Positions 30,510-39,679 of a DNA stretch of 64,000 nucleotides are shown here, piece after piece. The stretch covers positions 13,684-77,683 of the forward strand of contig CAVTUV010000011.1 in the NCBI GenBank assembly GCA_963737995.1. Reading direction: 5' to 3'. A program made the translations under genes and the position numbers. Below the pieces are notes generated by a model. It worked only from the letters and a program-made list of their open reading frames with translations, searched no databases and had not been told where the DNA came from. Within the stretch, counting starts at the first letter, position 1. Every line of letters begins with the position of its first letter. The stretch comes from an uncultured Verrucomicrobiae bacterium. Lineage in GTDB: Bacteria > Verrucomicrobiota > Verrucomicrobiia > Chthoniobacterales > UBA10450.

Positions 30510-31322
30510 TTGCAGCCTCAGGCGAGGCTGGCAGAGGTGCCGGCCTCGGATGGCAATGCGCGCTCTCTCGCGGCCGCTGAAGCAGCTTTCGCGCACGAAT
30601 CAGAAACGAGCGGAACCCGCACTGCCTTTATCCATGCCCTCTCCAGCGACGGAATTATCTTTCGGCCCGATCCGGAGAATGGTCAGAAGTCGTGGGAGAC
30701 GAAGAAGGGCTCGGGCGGTCTCCTGCAATGGCAACCGGTCCTGGCGGTCGTGGCCGCGAGCGGCGATTTCGGTTACACGACCGGCCCGTGGACTTTCCGG
30801 AAATCCGAGGAGGAAAAAGCCGAGGCCTTCGGGCATTTCGTTTCCATTTGGCGGCGGGAGGCCGGAAGATGGAAATTGCTTTTCGATCTTGGCACGAACC
30901 ATCCCGCGCCGGCCACCGCAACTCCGGCGCTGCAATTGGTCGAAAATCATGCGCCTAACGAATCGGCGGCGGCGGCGCGCGCAACCCTTTTCCAGCAAGA
31001 CCACGCCTACGCCGCTGCTCCGGCGGCGAAGATCTCGAACGTCGCGGCAGACGCGATTCGGCTCTATCGGCCGGAAAAGTTTCCGGTGATTGGAAAAGAA
31101 GCGGCGCAAGCCGCGCTCCAGTCCGGATTGAAGACGATCACCTTTGATGAACCGAAGGGAGAGGTGGCGGCGAGCGGTGATCTCGGTTTCGCCTGGGGAA
31201 AATATTCCGCCAAGGAAAAAATCGGAGCGGCCGGGGAAGAGATCGGGTACTACCTGCGGATCTGGCGCAAGAATGAGGCGGGCCAATGGCAGCTCGCCCT
31301 CGATTTGCTCCACCCTCGTTAG
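30510..31322 (+). CDS. Tandem NTF2-like (SnoaL/DUF4440-type) domain protein
   Basis: Intact ORF with two repeats of about 125 aa, each ending G(D)xG(Y/F)xxGxW...(I/S)WR(R/K)xxxGxW(K/Q)L..DL. The start codon is uncertain (TTG 30510). The TAG stop lies inside a CGTTAGGC motif. Confidence 0.5.
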   Translation: MQPQARLAEVPASDGNARSLAAAEAAFAHESETSGTRTAFIHALSSDGIIFRPDPENGQKSWETKKGSGGLLQWQPVLAVVAASGDFGYTTGPWTFRKSEEEKAEAFGHFVSIWRREAGRWKLLFDLGTNHPAPATATPALQLVENHAPNESAAAARATLFQQDHAYAAAPAAKISNVAADAIRLYRPEKFPVIGKEAAQAALQSGLKTITFDEPKGEVAASGDLGFAWGKYSAKEKIGAAGEEIGYYLRIWRKNEAGQWQLALDLLHPR

Positions 31323-31335
31323 GCAAGATCGCGCC

Positions 31336-32082
31336 GTGGAATCGAGTCTCCCTCTGCCGTCGGTCTCGATCATTGTCCCGACGCTGAACGAAGTGGAGAA
31401 CGTCGAGCCGCTGACCCGCCGGATCATGGCGAGCGGGATGGAGCCGCTCGAGATCATCTTCGTCGACGACGGCTCGAGCGATGGAACCCCAGATCGAATC
31501 CGCGCCCTGGCGGCGGAATTTCCCGTCCGGCTGGTGCTGCGCGAAAATCCCACCCTTGGTCTCTCTGGCGCGGTCGTGGCCGGCGCGGGTGCGGCGACGG
31601 GGGATTTGCTCGTCGTGATGGATGCCGACCTCAGCCATCCGCCGGGCCGCATTCCTGATCTGGTGAGGCCGCTGCGTGCCGGCACCTGCGACATGGTGAT
31701 TGGGAGCCGCTACGTGCGCGGCGGCACCACGCCGGGCTGGCCGCTTTGGCGCAGGATCCTTTCGCGCGCCGCATCCGCCTTCGCCTACCCGCTCACCCGC
31801 GTGCACGATTCGATGTGCGGCTTTTTCGCCATCCCGCGGTCGCTCCTGCTCGAGCGCGCGCCGGCCGCGACCGGTTTCAAGATTGCTTTCGAGATCATCG
31901 TGCACAGCCATCACCAAATAAGGGTGCAGGAAATCCCCATCGCTTTTCGCGATCGAGCCCGGGGCGCATCGAAGATGACCTTTCGGGTCGCCTCGGTTTT
32001 CTTTTTCCGCTGGCTCGCCGCTATTATCAGGCGACGACCGGGGCCCGCCGCAGCCGGCGCAGCTCGAGCGCGAGTCCGATAA
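31336..32082 (+). CDS. GT2 polyprenol-phosphate mannosyl/glycosyl-transferase (Ppm1/DPM1-like)
   Basis: GTG start. VSIIVPTLNEVENV, IFVDDGSSDGT, LVVMDADLSHPP, MVIGSRYVRGG, GFKIAFEI. No frame break. Confidence 0.8.
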   Translation: MESSLPLPSVSIIVPTLNEVENVEPLTRRIMASGMEPLEIIFVDDGSSDGTPDRIRALAAEFPVRLVLRENPTLGLSGAVVAGAGAATGDLLVVMDADLSHPPGRIPDLVRPLRAGTCDMVIGSRYVRGGTTPGWPLWRRILSRAASAFAYPLTRVHDSMCGFFAIPRSLLLERAPAATGFKIAFEIIVHSHHQIRVQEIPIAFRDRARGASKMTFRVASVFFFRWLAAIIRRRPGPAAAGAARARVR

Positions 32083-33294
32083 AGAGCAGCAGAGTGGCGA
32101 AAAGGGTATTGCCGCAACGCTGCGACCAACGCTGGAAGGGAAGGGTGAGGAAGAGGAGCAGGACGGCGGCCAGCGCCCACCAGCGCAGCGATGACTCCGG
32201 CCGGACGAGCCAGATGCGGGTGCAGATGACGAAGGGAAAGAGAAGGAAAGCGAAGAGATAGCCAAAGGCGAGGGGCGAGGCGATGAGCATGAGGAGAAGA
32301 AGCATCGAACACTCGATCGCATCCGTCTCCCTCGTGCGCTGCGCGGTCGGCGGCATGGCGACGAGATAAATCAGCCCGAGCAGGAGCGCGATGCCGGCGA
32401 TGATGGCGTTGACCGCTTTAAAAGGAAGATCGGCAAAGTTGATGTAAACCGGTTTGTCGGGCGGCCGGGTCGCATCGACGTCCACCTTGCGCAGAAACCG
32501 GTTCACGACTCCGGCGAGCGACTGGTTTTTCCAGGCGACACTGCGCTCCGGGCGCTGTGCGATTCCTCTCTCGTCTGGTACTGGAAGAGCATGCCGTTGC
32601 TCCAATGCTTCAGATCGTCCTGCGCGCCGGACCAGCCGCGAAAGCTGGCGGGCAGGATGAGGAGCAGGAGCAGGAGCGAGAGCAGAAGGGAAATGGTCGC
32701 GATCCAATAACGCCGCCAAATCAGGTAGGCGATGGCGGTGATGGGGAATGCCTTGATCACCGCGGCGAGCGCAAAGAGACCGCCCGCAGTCCAGGAACGT
32801 TTGGCGCGGAGAGCGAGAAAGCCAGCGAGGAGCAACCCGAGCAGGAGCAGGGTCGGTTGCCCGAGAAGGTAACAACTCCAGACGTAAGCGAGGATAATGA
32901 GATTGGGGACGAGGTAGAGCAGCGCGTGAGGGCGTTCGCCCGCCGGAGTCGTTAGGCAAATCGAGCAGGCGATGCAACCCCACCAGGCGAAGGAGTTGAG
33001 AAGAGCAAGGATCGCAATCAGTCCGGCCTGGCCAAACCAGCTGACCGGCGCGAGCATCTCCGCCGCGGGCGGCGGATACATGAAAGGGAAACGCTCTTTC
33101 GGTCCCGGGTAAATCGCGCCGCCGTGCAGAACCGTCTGTCCAATGCTGAACCAAAGTTTGTAATCTTTCGCTCCTCGCCCGGCGGCCAGGTTGATCAGTG
33201 GCACGATCGAGAAGACGAGCGCGGTCAGCAGGAAGAGAAAAAGGAGAAGGCGCCGGCCGTCGCGGCGATTCAGTCGCTCAAGAAATTTTTGCAT
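32027..33294 (-). CDS. Multi-pass membrane glycosyltransferase, GT87/DUF2029-like; one frame break near 32520
   Basis: ORFs 32503..33294 and 32027..33154 join. About 10 TM helices, FPFMYPPPAAEMLAP loop, KAFPITAIAYLIWRR. The 3' end overlaps the convergent GT2 gene by 56 nt. Confidence 0.55.
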
Positions 33295-33297
33295 GAT

Positions 33298-34389
33298 CTA
33301 TTTCGCCGGTCCCTGCGGCCGAAGAATCAAATTGCCTAACCAATAGGGATCCGCCACTCCCTCCCGGTAGGCGGCGAGCGCTTCCGGCGAAGAATTGATG
33401 TGCAGATTGCTGTAGGTCTGGTCTTCATTTTGCCAGCGCTCATGCCAGTAAACGGCCGCTTTCAGACGGGGCAGTTTCGTTCGCATCACCTCGAAAGCTT
33501 CGCGAATCCACTTCGCCTTGTCGCCCGAATCGGCAAACTCGCCCACCCCCCATTCCGTGATCATAATCGGCTTCTTCGGGTCGAGCGCGGCCATTTCCTG
33601 GTAAGGCCATTCGATCAGAGGGGAGAAATCCGACCACGGTTCGTCATCAAATTGCTTGCCGTAAACGCTCATCCCAAGCCAGTCGACATAAGCGGAACCG
33701 GGATAATAGGCCGGCGCAGAATTCCATTTATCGACCGGAAACGAATAATTGTTCGTCTGGAATACCCACTGGATGTGGTGCGCGCCGCGGGCCCGGACGC
33801 GCTCGACGACGTAACGGAAAGCGCGTTTGAAAAGCTCCGGGCCTTCCCACTCGTTAGGCCGACCTGGGATCGGCTTTGACCCGCCGTAGTAGGTGCCGGA
33901 CCAGGGAAACCAATCGCCATTCATCTCGTCACCGAAGGAAACGATGAGCGGTTTCCCGAAGGCGCGCGCTGAGTCGGCCCAATCATCGATATAACGGTTC
34001 CAGGTGCCGGCGAGAATGGCGTTGAGACTGAATCGATCGGGCCCCTTGTGTTGTTCGTAGGGGCGGTCCCAGGGCGACCAGAAAACGAGCGGGAGCGAGC
34101 CGTGTCGCCAGATCATCTGCAAATTCGCGCTGGGAAAACTTTGTTCTCCCCAATAGCTGGAGGAAGCGATGATGCCCTGATGTTTGCCGACCATCTGCTC
34201 GAAATCCTCGATTGTCTCGAGCGCGACGGCATCCTCGGCGTCGCCGAAATCGATGAAGGCTCCGGTGTAAGCGCCCTTTTCCGGCAGCACCACCTCGACC
34301 GGCGCGTTCGGGTGCACCTTTGTAGCGACCGCCGCGTGCCTCTCGCAGCCTAACGAAAAGCAAAAGAGCGCGAGCACAACAATTGTCAT
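33298..34389 (-). CDS. GH26-like glycoside hydrolase lipoprotein
   Basis: Probable start MTIVVLALFCFSLGCE (lipobox LGC). Catalytic-region motifs LIVSFGDEMNGDWFPWSG and IMITEWGV. The upstream part of ORF 33298..34509 is repeat-derived. Confidence 0.65.
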   Translation of the reverse strand: MTIVVLALFCFSLGCERHAAVATKVHPNAPVEVVLPEKGAYTGAFIDFGDAEDAVALETIEDFEQMVGKHQGIIASSSYWGEQSFPSANLQMIWRHGSLPLVFWSPWDRPYEQHKGPDRFSLNAILAGTWNRYIDDWADSARAFGKPLIVSFGDEMNGDWFPWSGTYYGGSKPIPGRPNEWEGPELFKRAFRYVVERVRARGAHHIQWVFQTNNYSFPVDKWNSAPAYYPGSAYVDWLGMSVYGKQFDDEPWSDFSPLIEWPYQEMAALDPKKPIMITEWGVGEFADSGDKAKWIREAFEVMRTKLPRLKAAVYWHERWQNEDQTYSNLHINSSPEALAAYREGVADPYWLGNLILRPQGPAK

Positions 34390-34508
34390 CCCGAGGTCGC
34401 CGCGGCGACCGAGGGACCTCACAGTTGCAATGGACGGCTTCATTTGTCGGGAGACGCCAGTTTCCAGATGCGAGGTCCCTCTCCGTCCTGCGGCGGATCG
34501 GGATGACA
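34384..34508. repeat. Intergenic inverted-repeat element, GTCATCCCGAG family, copy 5
   Basis: TGTCATCCCGAGGTCGCCGCGGCGACCGAGGGACCTC ... GAGGTCCCTCTCCGTCCTGCGGCGGATCGGGATGACA, with an inner GTTGCAAT. Confidence 0.75.
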
Positions 34509-34562
34509 AACATGGGAGAGCGGCGGCATCATCGACGGCGTCTTATCCTGCAGGTTCCAACT

Positions 34563-37500
34563 TCAGACCCGCACCGGCACGGAAGCAGTCCGCTCCAGTT
34601 TTCCCCAACCAACCCAGGCGCCCTTGATCGCGCGCAGGATTGCTTTCCAGATCACGTAACTGAGGAGCGGCCGGTAAATCAGGCGCATCGGGATGATCCG
34701 CCAGGCTTTTAGAATCGACTCGCGTTCGATCACACAGGCGAGGGTGGCGAGGATCACATCCATCGCGACAAAGATGATGACGAAAGGGAGCACCGCGCGC
34801 CAGGCGCCGAAGGGAAGCGAAGCGACAAGAAAAAAGTCGACCAGCGGGGTGAGCGCGACGAGCAGGATTTGGAAAAACCAGACGCTCGGCAGACTGAACC
34901 AGCCGAGCGCGTGGTAGCGCCAGTTGAAGACTTTCTCCCGATGCTTCCAGAGGCATTGCAACGTCCCGTAGGCCCAGCGGAAACGTTGCCGCGCGAGCGT
35001 ACGCAAGGTTTCAGGCGCTTCCGTCCAGGCGATCGCGTCGGGCGTGTAAACGATGCGTCCTTTGCTCTTATGCAAGGCGAGGGTGAGATCGGTGTCTTCC
35101 GCCAGAGTATCGAGGCTGAGCCCGCCGACCCGCTCAATGGCGGAGCGGCGCAGCGCGCTGATCGCGCCGGGCACGACCGTGATGCAATCCCAGCGATCGT
35201 AAGCGCGCCGGTCGAGGTTGAAGCCGCACGTGTATTCGAGCGCCTGGCAACGCGCGATGAAGCTGCGCAGGTTCCCGACCTTGGCATGACCGGAAACCGC
35301 CACCACCGTCTCGTTGTGCAGCGGCCTGACGAGCAGGCGGAGGGTGTCGCTTTGCAGATGGGTATCGGCATCGAGGAAAACAACCAGCTCATGCCGGACT
35401 AATGACAAACCGCGTTGCAAGGCGACCGCTTTGCCGCGGTTCGGTTGCCTGACGAGCCGGACGCGCGCATCGGTCCGCGCGATTTTCTCGACTTCGACCG
35501 CCGTGCCATCACGCGAACCATCGTCTACCACCAGCACCTCGATTACGCCCAGATAGTCGTTCGTCAGGACGGCGCGCAGGGTCGCAGCCATCACCTTCTC
35601 CTCGTTAAAGGCGGCAATCAGAACACTGACCGGCGGCGCGAAATCCGCCGGCGGCGGGGCAGCGCGGCGGAAGCGGGCGGCCAGAAAAATCACGACCAGA
35701 GTGCGAATGACGATCAACGCGGTCGCGACGATCATGAACGCCCAGAGAAATTCCTCGGTCGCGTGAAAGACGCGGAAACCTGCGCTGCTCACAAACCGTG
35801 GAAGGCTTTGCCCCTTGCCGACCGGCGGCATGACCGCATCACGCGAGCTGCCGATGAGCGCGCTCAACGGCACGATCGTGTCACCGCGCGTCTGCAACCA
35901 ATCGATGATCTGCGGAAGCGCGGCGACCGTCTGGGAGCGGTCGCCGCCGGCATCGTGCAGGAGGATGATGCTGCCGTCGTGGCGCTGTTGTTTGATGCGC
36001 TGCAGAATGACATCTGCACCGGGTCGCGCCCAATCCTGCGGATCAATGTTTTCGAGCACGACGAGATAATTCATTTCGTCCGCAATTCGCAAGGAGGCGA
36101 GATCGGCTAAAGACGAAGGGCTGGTGTCGGCCGCATACGGCGGGCGAAAAAGGGTGGTCGAGCGGCCAGTGATAGTCTCGAGCAGAAGTTGGGTGGCGTT
36201 CAACTCCAGCCGGATGTGCTCCGGCCAGCAGACCGCGAGGTTGGGATGATAGTAAGTGTGGTTGCCCATCTCGTGCCCCTCCGCGACGATCCGCCTGACG
36301 AGATCGGGATATTTTTCCGCGTTCACTCCGACGAAAAAAAAGGCGGCTTTGACACCGCTCGCTTTCAGGATGTCGAGGACCTGCGGCGTCCATTTCGGAT
36401 CGGGTCCGTCATCAAAGGTGAGGGCGACCTGATGTTCGCCGCCGGCGCCCTGATGATAGAGGGTCGGGAACTCCGGAAAGCTGAGATAAGTCGCGCTGAG
36501 ATAACCGGCGCGATCGACTTCGATCTTGCGCGCGCCATTGGTGCGCGCTTCGTCGACACTGACGATCTCGCCTTCGCCCACATCGGTGATGGTTTCATCT
36601 CCTTGCAAAGTCTCGAGCTCGGATTTCACCGTGCTGTTCATCGGCATTTGGCGCGGAAGATTGATTGCGCTCCAGATCGCGGAGTCTTCCGAACCCAGGC
36701 GGTAGATCGCGAATCCGCCCGCCTGCTGATCGCGCAAGGTGTGGAGCTGGTTCAGGAAACTCACGACATCGAGGAACCAAACGGAGTGCTCCTTGTCCGC
36801 GTCTTCGTAATAAAAATCGGAACTGTGCTCCGGCGCCGCGACCGTGCCCGATTCCACCCCCGCGTTGCTCGCGCGGCTCATGGCCTCGGGAAAACTGATC
36901 GTCTCCGCGCGATGCTCGCCATTCGTCCAATCGTAGCCATAGCTGCCGAGCGCGATGATCCATTGTTTCGGGTCCGCGTCTTTCAAGAGCGCGTGCAGCC
37001 ACGATTCAAACCACTGCCGCGAAGCGAGCGGCCCCGGAGGATCGGTGTCGGAGGTTTCGTCAAAGAGAAGCGCGACAAAGCGGTCGACGGTCTCGGAAAG
37101 ACTGTCGAAGTCGATGTAATCCAGGTCCTGCCCGGGTTGCACGCAGAGCCAGAGTTGCCGGCCGGCCGCGTGGAGCGCGTCCGCCAGCTTGTTGAGCAAT
37201 TTCGTGATGTCGTCCTGATAGGCGGGATCGACCTGTTCCCAGTCGACCACCACGCCGGCCGCCTTCGCCTCCTGCAAATGGGCGAGCAGTTTTTGAATGA
37301 AACGATCCTGCCGATCGGCCGGGCCGTGCGCCAGATTCTCGACCGCTTCGGGTTGCCAGGTATCGCCGACGAGATTGGTCAGGAGCGGCATCAGCGCGAT
37401 GCCTTTGGCGGCGGCGAGTTTTGGGAGACGGCTATCGGCGTCGATCTGGAGATTGCCCAGGCCATCGACGAGCGCGAACCACTCCGGGCAGACATGGGTC

Positions 37501-37919
37501 AGGAGCGCGGCATGTTGCTCGAGCGATTTGTAGCTGTAGGGATCGCCATTGGTATAAAAGCCCATCCGCACTTCGCCACCGGCCGATTTCCTCGCCGGGG
37601 GGGGCGGCGTGGAGGGCGAAGGTGGTTTTTTTGCCGCGGCGCGCGCGGCGATGAATTTCTCCCAAAGCGGAACGTTAGGCGCGAGTTGACCGGCCGGATT
37701 CTTTTTCTGGACCGATTTCAACTGGCCCTTCAACTGCCGCAAGCTGAATGGCAGCTGCAGTTGCGGGGTGACAAAAAGCGTCTGGACAAAAAAGACGGCG
37801 GCGATGAAAGCCGCGATGCCGGTGAAAAGAAGAGTCAGGCGCAGACGTGGCCACCGCTTTCCGGCAGGGTCGGAAAAAATGAATGCAGTGCGCTCTTCCG
37901 GGAAATCGGCGTCCATCAA
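34563..37919 (-). CDS. Three-domain exopolysaccharide synthase: GH18-like domain + CE4 (NodB) polysaccharide deacetylase + processive GT2 synthase with flanking TM helices
   Basis: Intact 1118-aa ORF. N-terminal TM helix. Residues ~117-415 are GH18-like (GVVVDWEQ, GSYGYDW). Residues ~495-690 are CE4 (VALTFDDGPD, HEMGNHTYYH, LLHD). Residues ~763-985 are GT2 (VSVLIAAFNEE, VVDDGSRDGT, FLDADT, QRFRWAYG). Four or five C-terminal TM helices follow. Confidence 0.85.
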   Translation of the reverse strand: MMDADFPEERTAFIFSDPAGKRWPRLRLTLLFTGIAAFIAAVFFVQTLFVTPQLQLPFSLRQLKGQLKSVQKKNPAGQLAPNVPLWEKFIAARAAAKKPPSPSTPPPPARKSAGGEVRMGFYTNGDPYSYKSLEQHAALLTHVCPEWFALVDGLGNLQIDADSRLPKLAAAKGIALMPLLTNLVGDTWQPEAVENLAHGPADRQDRFIQKLLAHLQEAKAAGVVVDWEQVDPAYQDDITKLLNKLADALHAAGRQLWLCVQPGQDLDYIDFDSLSETVDRFVALLFDETSDTDPPGPLASRQWFESWLHALLKDADPKQWIIALGSYGYDWTNGEHRAETISFPEAMSRASNAGVESGTVAAPEHSSDFYYEDADKEHSVWFLDVVSFLNQLHTLRDQQAGGFAIYRLGSEDSAIWSAINLPRQMPMNSTVKSELETLQGDETITDVGEGEIVSVDEARTNGARKIEVDRAGYLSATYLSFPEFPTLYHQGAGGEHQVALTFDDGPDPKWTPQVLDILKASGVKAAFFFVGVNAEKYPDLVRRIVAEGHEMGNHTYYHPNLAVCWPEHIRLELNATQLLLETITGRSTTLFRPPYAADTSPSSLADLASLRIADEMNYLVVLENIDPQDWARPGADVILQRIKQQRHDGSIILLHDAGGDRSQTVAALPQIIDWLQTRGDTIVPLSALIGSSRDAVMPPVGKGQSLPRFVSSAGFRVFHATEEFLWAFMIVATALIVIRTLVVIFLAARFRRAAPPPADFAPPVSVLIAAFNEEKVMAATLRAVLTNDYLGVIEVLVVDDGSRDGTAVEVEKIARTDARVRLVRQPNRGKAVALQRGLSLVRHELVVFLDADTHLQSDTLRLLVRPLHNETVVAVSGHAKVGNLRSFIARCQALEYTCGFNLDRRAYDRWDCITVVPGAISALRRSAIERVGGLSLDTLAEDTDLTLALHKSKGRIVYTPDAIAWTEAPETLRTLARQRFRWAYGTLQCLWKHREKVFNWRYHALGWFSLPSVWFFQILLVALTPLVDFFLVASLPFGAWRAVLPFVIIFVAMDVILATLACVIERESILKAWRIIPMRLIYRPLLSYVIWKAILRAIKGAWVGWGKLERTASVPVRV

Positions 37920-38479
37920 GTCCTAAGGGGCGCTTATCCTAATCGGAAGCGCGCCAAATGCCAAAACTCGATTTGGGAAGAGAAATGAGGCTCGGCGCCC
38001 GCCGCCATAACCTCAAAGGACGGAAGGCGCCGACCTGAAATTACCCAAGGGCAACGAAACCGATGAGGCGCAAGACTCGCAATCGGAGCGGATTCCGGTC
38101 TTGGAAGAATTCTCATCACCAAAACGCGGCCGGCAGTCTTAACCGCCATCGCCGATTCATCGGAAACCTGACCGATCCCGCCGCGACGGATGCGACGGCG
38201 CTCGCAAACGCCGCGACCCTAACGAACCGACTGCCGTGGTCGGACCCGGCGCTTCCGCCGGCAGAGTCGGGGCGCCTCCAGCATTTTTTCGCCGGGATGG
38301 CGCCGGAGAGTGGGCTGGCCTTCGTCGTCGCCATGTCGAGCCCACCGCGCCAACATCAAGGAAAGCTCGCTGTCCCGAGCGCGCGCGAAGTTGTGCGCTA
38401 CGCGAGGCAGTGGGTCGGCCAGGAACGTTAGGCGCGCCAGTCCTCCCGCGCGGGCGCGAGGGTTAACGCCGCGCAGCAG

Positions 38480-39679
38480 TTATTGCGGATTATAAATCTC
38501 GAGCAAAGCGACGCCCGTGGTGTCACCGGCGCCTCGGACAATCGCAGTGTAGCTCCCGCTGGGCAGGGTGGCGAGGATGACCGACTCTTTCGGATCGGCC
38601 GGCGCAAAGCCGCTCGCGGTGATCTGCGCTTCCTCCGTGTCCTGCCAGTTATCGTTCGTCGCGATCAGAGCGCCGCTGCCATCGTGCAGTTCGAGCAACG
38701 GATCCGGGAGCGGCTCGGTCACGCCGGCGGCCGCAAGCGACGGGCCAATCGCCCGCACGACCACGGCATTGTTAGGCAGGGCGCTCCCTCCGAGAATGAA
38801 ACCTCCGATCAGGACGTTATCGCCGGTTTGAACAAAGCCGCGCGCACTGACGTTGCGAAATTTCTCCGAGATCGGCTCGAAGGCGATGAAGGTCGGCGTG
38901 TTCAAGCCCGAAGCGAAGGTACTCATGATTCCATCAGGAGTGAACTTTAGGATCACGCTGCTGGTGTTGTCCCCCGCGAAAAGATTGCCCGAGCCATCAA
39001 AGGCGAGGCCGGCCGGTCCGCTCAGCCCAGAGGCAAAAGTGCTCTGAGTTCCATCGGGGGCGAACTTGTAGATGGCGCCGCCAGCGAGATCGGAGACAAA
39101 AAGATTGCCGGCCGCGTCAAAAGCCAGACCTGCCGGGTTGACCAGGCCCGCGGCAAAACTGCTCGTCACGCCTGTCGTGGTGACTTTGAAAACGGCGCCG
39201 CCGCCAAGATCGGCGACGAAGAGGTTGCCGGTGCGGTCAAACGCCAGACCCGTCGGATTGGTCAGGCCGGAAACGAAGATGCTCTTGCTTCCGTCGGAAG
39301 TGAATTTGTAAACCGTGCCGCTGTTAAATTCCCCGACGAAGAGATTGCCCGCCGCGTCAAAGGCCAAACCTGTCGGGCCGGCCATGACTTCGGAAGCGAA
39401 AGTGATCTGCGCGCCGGCGGGAGTGAATTCCAAGATTGAGCCCGTGCCCGTATCCGAGACGAAAAGATTGCCGGCGCGATCAAACACCATCCCGACCGGC
39501 ATGTTCAAGCCGGTGGCGAAAGTGGTTTGCGTTCCGTTGGCCGCGAATCGGAGAATCGTCCCACTGCCAAAATCCGCTTCCAACAAATCACCTTCGGCCG
39601 CCCCGACATGAGTCGCAAGGAAGCAGGCTGCGCAAGTCGTTAGGCAAAGGAACGAATGAAGGAGAATGTGCTTTTTCAT
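38480..39679 (-). CDS. Secreted NHL-repeat beta-propeller protein with a C-terminal beta-sandwich domain
   Basis: Intact ORF with a signal peptide after MKKH. Six units of about 42 aa of the type G(L)xxPxGLAFDxxGNLFVxDxxxGxIxKFxxxG. The C-terminus is NVSARGFVQTGDNVLIGGFILGG...LELHDGSGALIATNDNWQD... Confidence 0.75.
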   Translation of the reverse strand: MKKHILLHSFLCLTTCAACFLATHVGAAEGDLLEADFGSGTILRFAANGTQTTFATGLNMPVGMVFDRAGNLFVSDTGTGSILEFTPAGAQITFASEVMAGPTGLAFDAAGNLFVGEFNSGTVYKFTSDGSKSIFVSGLTNPTGLAFDRTGNLFVADLGGGAVFKVTTTGVTSSFAAGLVNPAGLAFDAAGNLFVSDLAGGAIYKFAPDGTQSTFASGLSGPAGLAFDGSGNLFAGDNTSSVILKFTPDGIMSTFASGLNTPTFIAFEPISEKFRNVSARGFVQTGDNVLIGGFILGGSALPNNAVVVRAIGPSLAAAGVTEPLPDPLLELHDGSGALIATNDNWQDTEEAQITASGFAPADPKESVILATLPSGSYTAIVRGAGDTTGVALLEIYNPQ

